Positions 55,159 through 64,000 of a DNA stretch of 64,000 nt are shown here, in pieces. The notes beneath the pieces are model-generated. The model saw nothing but the letters and a program-made list of their open reading frames with translations, searched no databases and had not been told where the DNA came from. Position numbers and translations under genes: made by a program. Numbering within the stretch: the stretch's first letter is position 1; every line of letters begins with the position of its first letter. This DNA is from Octopus vulgaris. Lineage: Eukaryota. The stretch spans positions 148,180,001 through 148,244,000 of the forward strand of contig OX597814.1 in assembly GCA_951406725.2 (NCBI GenBank), written 5' to 3'.

Positions 55159-55746
55159 TGTATATGTATATGTATATGAAACATATTAAATCTATTGTTG
55201 GCTTTCATGTTTCACTTTTATTTTCACGTATGTGCAATAAACAAAGACATTTTTGTATTTCTGTTTTTTGGATAAATTTTTCCGATGCCGGCCAAAGAAA
55301 AAACTGTATCTGCATTTCAAAACTGTCTGTGAACCAAACTCATGGAAATATAATTAAGCGTTAATTTATATTCCATCCGGAAATACATCCTTTATTTAAT
55401 GAGATATAATACGCGTTTCGCTTGACAGCCTTTCCATAGATTATGTCTTATCTTTGAGCGTGTGGAAAGGTATATTGTGTGCTTAGTGTTAAAAGAGCTT
55501 AGAAATTGAACTATGCTTGATGAGCGTAACTATCATGTTTAAGATAACTATCAACCCCTGTTGGGTTTACATACAATGCTCATTTGTTTTATTCCTAATA
55601 CTTGTAAAGAGTCGAATTATACATGAAGTTTACTGTTGCAATAAATAACGAATTCGGAGACCATTTCCAGCTAATAAATGATTACATACACATACAGTCA
55701 CACGTATGAACACACGCGCAAACACTAACCTACATATATGCCTAAA

Positions 55747-55822
<76 letters not shown>

Positions 55823-56141
55823 TTATTTTATTATTTTGTGTATGTCAGTCATTTTGACTGTGGCTATAGTGATCACCACCACACACACGCATGCACATAC
55901 TCACACATATTTTACTTGTTACAGTCACTTTTTATTCTCTCTTCTATTTTCCCCTCATTCCTTTCTGTCAAAGAGCGTAGACTCGAAACGTAAAAGACTC
56001 CAATTTTTCCCGAGCGTTGAACTAATACACCTGGTTGTTCTCCCTACACTTGTCATCGTCTTTTGTTTCTTGTAAATTTGAAATATATATACACATTTAT
56101 GTGCGTGTGTGTGTGTGTGTCTTTCTCCCTCTCTCTCTCTC

Positions 56142-56177
<36 letters not shown>

Positions 56178-56199
56178 ATTTATATCGTATTTTATTTTA

Positions 56200-56612
56200 T
56201 TTTACTTATTTCAATGATTAGACTGCAGGCAATCTTGGGGCACCGTCTTGGGAAAATTTACCCGAGCGTATCGATCCTACAATTAATTTGTTTCTCTTTA
56301 AATTTCTACGCCTAGTACTTGTTCTACCGCTTTCTTTTGCTGTTAACGGTAAGTTACTGGAATCTAAACAAACTAACGCCGATGGTCGGGCGGTGGTTGT
56401 TCCCAATACTGGCATAGAGATACACATAAACTTGCACACGCAGACACACACACTCACACACCCACACAGAGGCATGTATGACAAGTTTCTTTCAGTTTCC
56501 GTCTACCAAATACACACAGAGGGATTTAGGCTGTAGTTGAAAACACCCAAATGACATGAAGTGGCATTGAACCATGGTGTTTAGAAGGAAACTTCTAACC
56601 TCAGAGTCATGC
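56200..56612 (-). mobile_element. SINE family A copy, degenerate
   Basis: GACTGCAGGC..CCTAGTACTT..TTTCTTTCAGTTTCCGTCTACCAAAT colinear with family A. Confidence 0.65.
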
Positions 56613-58837
56613 TACTGTATGTATGTTCGAGTTTATTTCTTTTGATCACACCGGAAGTTCAATAGCTCTAGGATTTCATTTTGGACAATAAAAAGAAATT
56701 CTTTCCACATACAATCTAAGCAACGGTTCCCCATTCCTCGTGGAATGCAGTAGGCTACCAGACACAGTCTTTGAATGCTTTCGCTGCCACAATGATAGAT
56801 AACATCTCACTTCTTCAGAACTTTATAAGACATCTGTTCGTACATCGAAAGCAATACACAAAACATTTTGTCGTGAAACTTGCCAATTTAGAAATATTTC
56901 AGTAAAATCATGAAACAATACGAGTCAAAATAAAGTTGTATATTCGTATTTAACACGTTGTTTCATACTTGTAATTACTGTGGTAACCCGTGTCCGAGAA
57001 AAAAATGTTCCTAACAAATCTCGTTTGCAAAATCACAACATATTCCAAGTGAGATTTTGCAGAGTTCCGAGCACGTTGATTTAGCGTACTTTTGATTCTT
57101 CCTGGGCTGGTAGATATTACTCTGTAATTTCGAACTAGACAAGAATTCCTGTTGCTCTAAAGAAACAGCAAGAAAAATTCTCCTATTATTTACCAAGGTG
57201 ACAAAGGTTAGGAGTAATTTAATATAAGTTCAAGAAGATAAAAATTATCGTGGTTACATAAATTCGGTCAGTAATTTTCCCAGAAATATTGTTCAATTCT
57301 TCCCTCAATCAATGAGTTTCAAAATAAGAGAAGGATATGTTGCGTAGTGTGGTCATTAATTTAGAGTCATGTTTCGACTAAGCTTGATCGTAAGCTTTCT
57401 AGATCGTTGCTATTCTGAGACAACACAACTACAAAAGCAGTAGTTTCAATAACAACAAGAGCAACAGCAGCAAGAACAACAGCAACAACACTAACTTGAT
57501 ATTTTGCCACACAATCCATTACATCTAATTCTTATATATATATAAGGAATATTGGTAAATTGTTTGTTTTTGTACAACAGTCACCTTCCAGATTTTCTGG
57601 GCACATCAACCATATGAATCTCACCAAACTCGTTCCAAGTGTAGACAATAGTGTTATATTATATCTCGCCCTCCTTACAGAAGCATCTAAAAATTTGTTG
57701 TGTAAGGTTATGTCTGTAGAAAATGTTCAACCTCTTTCATATCAAATCTGACTACTGTTGTTCTTCCACATATTATAAAAAAAATGTTATTTACATTTGT
57801 GTTGTTCGTTGTACAGGTTGTCTTCATTGCCTAATTTACAATGAGCAGGTTAAATGTTGTTTATGTGAGAAAAAGCACAGAGTAAATAGCACTAACCATT
57901 ATAGCACCACATCCAGATCAATTGGAAGCAATCTTCCTTGAAGTTTTTATTTGTTCTTTTCAGACATTTATGGTTGCCATCTGGAAGAAAGAGAATTATT
58001 GAATCATCAAAGACGATAACATGTCGGAAAGAAATTCAATTATAATTTTTTTTCTGTGTACACTCAAAGAAATTGCTTTTCGTCAACTATGTTTAGTTTT
58101 ATTCCTTTCTTTTGAACATAAGCACTGATAAAAGTTCCAGATTCTTTCAGAAATGTTTTAATGGCGTGTTTGGATACATTTCCTCCATCACTTGTCGTGT
58201 AATCTTTCGATAACAAAACGATGGTTTGTTGCATGTCATTAGAGAATCGTTTTATGAACCTTCTCTTATCTCCTGACCTCCCAGCCTTACTGCCTACTGA
58301 CCCTAATTAGATTTTATGACTATTGTCTCTCTCTTCCTTTATTTTGGTGCTGTGTTCTATGCGCGGTGATTAATTAAATGTCTATTTTCATCTTTTTTGT
58401 TCTTTATTTTTAAAAATATTTCTGCTGTCCCAGAATCTATGAACTTTCCCAAGAACATGTTTGAAAGGTCAAAATAACAACAAAAACCAACAGCAAGAAT
58501 AAATAAAATAGAAGGAATGCAAAAAATATAATAGTAAAAGGAAATATAAAAATGAATTTAATAAAAATGTGATTTTCAATAATCGTATAGAAAGTTAGAA
58601 GGGAGGAATAAAATTTGGTTGAAAAAAATGATGTAAGAGGGTATAACTAAAAAGAAAAAAAATTAAAATGCTTATGGGAAAAAATATTAAATATCAACTG
58701 AGAACAACAACAGGAACAAAAGCAACAATTTCAATAATAACAAAAAATAGAAAAATATTAAAAATGAAAATGATAATAAATGTTATGATAGTAATAATAA
58801 TAACAATGGTGATAGTTTCAAACTTTGGCACAGGGTC

Positions 58838-58841
<4 letters not shown>

Positions 58842-58898
<57 letters not shown>

Positions 58899-59090
58899 CA
58901 ACAACAATAATAATAATAATAATGATGATGATGTCGCTAATGATGATGATGATGATGATGATGATAATAATAATAATAATAAGAAGAAGAAGAAGAAGAA
59001 GAAGTAGAAAAAGAAGAAGAAGAAGAAAAGAAGAAGAAGAAGAAGAAGAACAACAACAACAACAACAACAACAACAGCAACAAAAATCGC
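58842..59090. repeat. Compound trinucleotide microsatellite (AAT)(GAT)(AAG)(CAA)
   Basis: Direct tandem blocks. Confidence 0.95.
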
Positions 59091-59389
59091 AACAACTACA
59101 AGGCTAATATATCTTCAAGAGTAATTGCTTTCGTTTGGCATTTGTATTGGAAATATTCAAAAAATTTTAATCGTTCCTTTTATATAATAATTTAGTTTTA
59201 ATATTTCATTGCAAATAGTGAACAATAGTGTCATGGTTACTTTGTTTCAACGTACCACTTAGTGATTCACTGCATTATTACATACCAGAATGACAAATGA
59301 GAATCTGCGTAGCTTGGTTAGACACCAATAACATGGGATATTCTTTCAAAATTCTTTGGCAGTCACTTTTTTCTGGCGTTCTTTACAAT

Positions 59390-59431
<42 letters not shown>

Positions 59432-59859
59432 GCATACACATGCAGACACACTCACACACACACAGACACAAACACATACAGATAACTCACACCACACCCG
59501 TACACACAGATATAAAAGAAAATATATACTCACGTTTGTATTCCACACATAAACGTCTAGCACAGGAACTCAAGCACGCAAAAGATATTATTGCACTCCT
59601 GTGTCTTCAAAACGAAGACATCTATCTCTCTACAGCTATACATCAGTTCTTTTTCGGTCATGTAATGACACATGCGCTTTCCTCCCTGACTATCTGTTCC
59701 TTTCTCTTTTTCTCCTCTTTAGAATTCTCCTGTGGCATATTCGAAACGTCGTTTTCAGTCATACTTTTCCTATCTAAAACTTTCACTGAAACTCAATCTC
59801 ACATATTCTCTGCCTACATCTAATTGACGTTTGTTGATTTTCCCCTTTTTTGGCTTTTG

Positions 59860-60057
59860 ATTTGCTTATAAGAGATGCTTCGACATTCACGCATCTTCAG
59901 CTTTTCATTTCGAAATTCAATTATCATTAGAGTTTGGATGTTTTAATGAAATATAGATATTTTGAAATAATTATGAGAAAATATGACTTTATATTTATTG
60001 TTTAATAATCTGAATAAGATTAGCAGTAAGCCGAGCAGCGCTGGGTCATTCAGCTAG
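59860..60057 (+). mobile_element. Helitron 3' terminus
   Basis: CCGAGCAGCGCTGGG hairpin then CTAG|T at 60054-60057, same layout as the terminus ending at 37583; left boundary uncertain. Confidence 0.65.
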
Positions 60058-60098
60058 TGTCTGTGTGTTTTTGTGTATGTGTGTGTGTGTGTGTTTGT

Positions 60099-60129
<31 letters not shown>

Positions 60130-60600
60130 CGTGTGCGTTTGAATACTGTGTGCATTCCATTAACTTTAATCGTACTCATATCAGTTGGTACGTATTTGGT
60201 GTTTGGAAATGCTGCAGATAACCTGAAAAATATAATATAACAAATTTCTTTTAACATATTTACTTACATCATGCGTACTTGTCATAACCAAAAAAGGCTT
60301 AAGACTTACTTAATATAATTACATAATCAATATCAATTGTCAAATCATCAGAGACCTGTAAAATTGTTGACCGTTGTAATTTTACACTTGTTGCTTCTGT
60401 CAACAATTACAAAAACCATTAGATGTACGTATTAATATCACAGATATTTGAGGATGTGGTAATGGGTTATGTCATTTATAGTATTACCAATAGCCAATTT
60501 TTAAACCATATATGCGAAACACTGTAATTAAAAGTATTAGAAACAGTCTCTTGTTTAGAATCTCTCTTTATAAGAGAGATTGTAAACAAGAGATTGCATT

Positions 60601-60664
<64 letters not shown>

Positions 60665-60699
60665 GGAGTTGCTGTGTGGTAAGTAGCTTGCTTACTGCG

Positions 60700-63640
60700 C
60701 ATGCGTTGGTTAGTTGCTTCCACACTAAATACTGTCAAGACGTGCTTCGTAGCCATCTTGAAGTGAAGAACTTTTGAAGGCGCGACTGTAAGATAGGCAT
60801 CTACTTTTTTTTTGGGGGGGGATTTAGTGGGGTTTTGCTGTTTGATATTGTTTTTCCTTTTTTAAATAAAAAACCATCACTGGGTCCCGGACAGTCGCGC
60901 TCAGTGACTCACTTAGCTGTGAGAATTTTTGTTTTAGGGGCGTGTCATGCCCCCGAAAAATTGTGAAACTTTGGAAAATTCTAACAGTTTGTGGAGGAAT
61001 GTTTTGTGCTCCTGCTGCTGTGACCCTGGACTACATTTTTGGAGTACCTTTATTTGGAATACATGTTCGGCAGGATTACCGTGTGGCCAAATTGTGGGTT
61101 GCCGTAACTTTAACTGTCTTCCTTCCTTCCTTTTTCTCTGCTCTGTCTTTCTGCTCTTTGTGTTTTGAACTTTATTTTGACTTTTTATTTTGAACTGATT
61201 CTGGACTTTTTTCTGTGTTGGAGTGGGGAGATTGTAACTCCCAAGCAGTGGTTAAAAGACTTAAACGAGAGGACCGTGGTGTTGAGGATTCATTCTATGT
61301 CACTCGACACCATTACGGTATTTCCTCAAATTGAAATTGAAAAAGAGTTAGCAGAATATCTGCGAACTATTAAGTTTATTAATGGAGAATAGAAAGGAAA
61401 GGAAAAACGGGGCATTGCCGGCGGTTGCTAATACACCGCCGGCACATCCCGAAACCCCGTCGGTGGGATTTGTGTCACCGACGGTGAAAACTGTGGCCTT
61501 TCCCTATGTGGAGGAGGAATTTGTAATCCTATTCCACAAGGGAGGGGCAAATCAAGAATTTGGTAGAAAGTTTAACAAAGTAGGTCAGTGGGGAGTGATT
61601 CTAACCTGTACAAAGGACACTGATTGGCCTCCGCAGGTAGATGAGGGGGTTGTGTGAGAAACAAATTTGTGCAAGGTGATGAACTCCTTCCCCAAAGACA
61701 CATTGCGCTTCATGCTGAAGAACCCCGATCGAGGTACTTGAGTGAGGCACTGAAACTGGCCGGGTGCCGGTGGGGTGTAAAATAATTAATAGGCTAAGTG
61801 CCTCGTATTGTTTATTGTCTGTAAGAGGCTCAGCGCCTGAATTTGTAATGAATTATTAAGTCCAGTAATTGTAGAACTGAGGTAAGTTCTTTAATCCCTC
61901 GTCTTGTTTATTGTTTTGAAAAAAAGGAACAATATTTTAGAGAAACAGAAAATAAGCGGGCATCTTTTGCCTTCTCCCATTTATACCATCCTTTTCATGA
62001 CTCATCTCATTACTGTGTTTTGTCCAGCCCGCAAGCTATTCTCTCTGTATACGACCTTCATCGCCAATGAAATGTAATACAGTAGCTTGCTCACCGCTTA
62101 CACGCAGGCGATGTTGTTAGTGTCGTTCTTGGCACTAAGGAAGTCGTACGCTATTTTGTAGCTGCGAATTAATGACAAAAAGAGCTCAACTAAGGTAAGT
62201 CTTTTGTTTTTTGGGGGCGTGGGGGTTTGTTATTTGGTGTGTAATATTATTTCCCAGGTAAGAAGTTCTCACTGGATTCTAGAAATTTGTCGGCTAGCAG
62301 TTGAGCATTATTGTTCACTTAAAGTGAATTGTTTTGGTGGTCTTGTCTCGCCGTGTGGTAAGTAGCTTACTGTGATTTTTCCTTGTGATTTTTCCTTGTA
62401 GCTGCCAGTTGGATTACCAGTGAACGGAGGAATTTTGCATGAAATATTAATTTTGTGTTGCTGACGGACATTTTTGTGAACTGTCTTCGTGTTCTGAAAT
62501 CTTTTCCATTTTTTTTGGAGTACGAGTTTAGGCATTATTGGCCGAAGATTCTGTGTTTGTGCATCTGCTTTTTGGTTTCTTGTTTCCATGCCTATTATTT
62601 TTGGTTTTTCTTCTTTCTTCTTCTATTACATATATTTCCTTGTTTCTCTTTTTTATGTTTTCCTTCATATATTTGTTTTTCCCTTTCCTATCTATAATGT
62701 TTTCCCTTTATTTTAATATTCTGAACTTTTATTTTGATGAACATGTCTGAGTGTTGTTTTGGCACTAAGGAAGTCGCACGTTATTTTGTAGCTGCAAATT
62801 ATTGACGAAAATAGCTCAACTGTAGGGAAAGACTTTCGTATTTTGGCTCCAGTGGGGGTTTGTTGTTTGGTGTGTAATATTTTTCCCAGGCAAGGAGTCC
62901 TCATAGGATTTTGTACATTTGTCGGCTTGCAGTTGAGTATTATTATTCACTTTAGGTGAATTGTTTTGGTGAGCGTGTCTCGACGCCAAGAGTTCGAACT
63001 GTGAATTCAAAAATAAGGCCAGGAGTACAAATTGGCCGGGATTTAATTTTTTGTGGAGCTGCCGTAATTTCAACTGTCGTCGCCGTCAGAACTTACATTG
63101 TGCTTCAAACTGTTTTTTTTTAAAGTTCTTTCGTTTCTGTTCTATTGTTGTGTCTTTTCTCTGTCTTTTTTGCAGCCGGTTTTTTCTGGACTCTTCATTT
63201 TTTGTAAGGACTATTTTGTGAACATTTTTTTAAAAAGGAGAAGCATGATGTAAAAGGTGAACGATGTCTTGGAGTTGGAGATTATTCCACCCAAAGAGTG
63301 GCTTAAACAGTAAGAATAGAAGACGGTGGTGTTGAGAACGTATTCGAAAGTTCTCGACGCCATTGTCGTCTTCTCCAACCAGTGGATTGAAGGGGAGCTG
63401 CCAAAAATCTGCCAACTATGAAATTTTTTGCCCGGTGTGTCAGATAGGCAACGATTTGGTTGGTATTTGACAAACCGGAAAAGACTCGTAATTTTGCGAG
63501 CCAGCCCTTGGAGGGCAATTGAATTTTAGTTGTTCCCATATATTTTGGGAGGAAGTTGACGAGGGCCTGGATTTGCGGTTTGCCACCCAATATTCAACCA
63601 GGGGCCGTATTATCGATTCTTTCAACAACCTAAGTATGAC
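60700..63640 (+). mobile_element. Cluster of related retroelement 5' regions with ORF1-like relics (tentatively L1/Tx1-type)
   Basis: WLKDLNERTVVLRIHSMSLDTITVF (about 61250) and WLKQ*E*KTVVLRTYSKVLDAIVVF (about 63300) are homologous; ~235-bp direct repeat at 62119-62353 and 62750-62985; follows a SINE A head at 60661-60700. Confidence 0.4.
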
Positions 63641-63762
63641 ACGAGATTTCCAGACACGTGTGAAGTTTAATCAAAATCAATAAAACGATGTAGGAGGTGT
63701 TAGTTAACAAAGCCCCAAAGAAACACACACCGATTTTCCACACATGTAGCATATATATATAT

Positions 63763-63985
63763 ACTCTCTCTTTTACTCTTTTACTTGTTTCAGTCAATTG
63801 ACTACGGTCATGCTGGAGCACCGCCTTTACTCGAGGAAATTGACCGCAGAACTTTTTCTTTGTAAGCCTATTACTTATTTTATCGGTCTCGTTTTGTGAC
63901 GTAAACACAGCAGCATCGGTTGTCAATCGATGTTGGGGTGGGGGGCCAAAGAACACACAAACGCACACACACACACACACACACA
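63763..63985 (-). mobile_element. SINE family A, 3' half
   Basis: CTCTTTTACTTGTTTCAGTCA..GCTGGAGCACCGCC..TGTAAGCCTA, ending at the internal (CA)n. Confidence 0.8.
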
Positions 63986-64000
63986 TATATAAATTTATGA

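Larger units (their letters stand above)
54480..57980 (-). pseudogene. Tentative decayed multi-EGF type I membrane protein gene relic
   Basis: Phase-compatible exon-like blocks 57980-57897, 57713-57585 and 57156-57011, then EGF-like scraps (CIPRGMGNRCLDC; CVAGY; CIP*WK) and a hydrophobic segment near 54560-54490. Confidence 0.3.

Noticed and set aside
57723-57941. LHCLIYNEQ as a hAT transposase CxxH motif
   Set aside because: The histidine is missing and no other hAT motif or TIR is present.
61716-61770. CTGAAGA..AGTG/CACT-GAAA-CTGGCCGG
   Set aside because: Core-to-stem spacing is wrong and there is no UH cleavage site.

Overview
AT-rich eukaryotic non-coding DNA, dense in (TA)n/(CA)n/(TATG)n/(GATA)n microsatellites and interspersed repeats. 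The SINE families and microsatellite load fit an octopus (cephalopod) genome best; this is inference, not a database match. No intact protein-coding gene is evident, and nearly all ORFs in the track are microsatellite read-through. Recognisable relics are tRNA-derived SINEs, a CR1-type LINE 3' end, APE and RT LINE fragments, a Chapaev-3-like DNA transposon, Helitrons and a Penelope-like GIY-YIG endonuclease. The main signal is a set of short non-coding elements carrying type I hammerhead ribozymes (HHRs) with an enlarged stem II and a self-complementary stem III, usually flanked by (TA)n. The best case is a near-identical 2.5 x 491-bp tandem (10170-11413) with two complete minus-strand HHRs, resembling a retrozyme/Penelope pLTR and predicted to release a 491-nt monomer RNA. 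A related 524-bp family with an inverted 5' segment, an intact solo HHR, several decayed or variant HHRs and a Penelope endonuclease relic with its own HHR remnant are also present. All pairings were read by eye, not computed.
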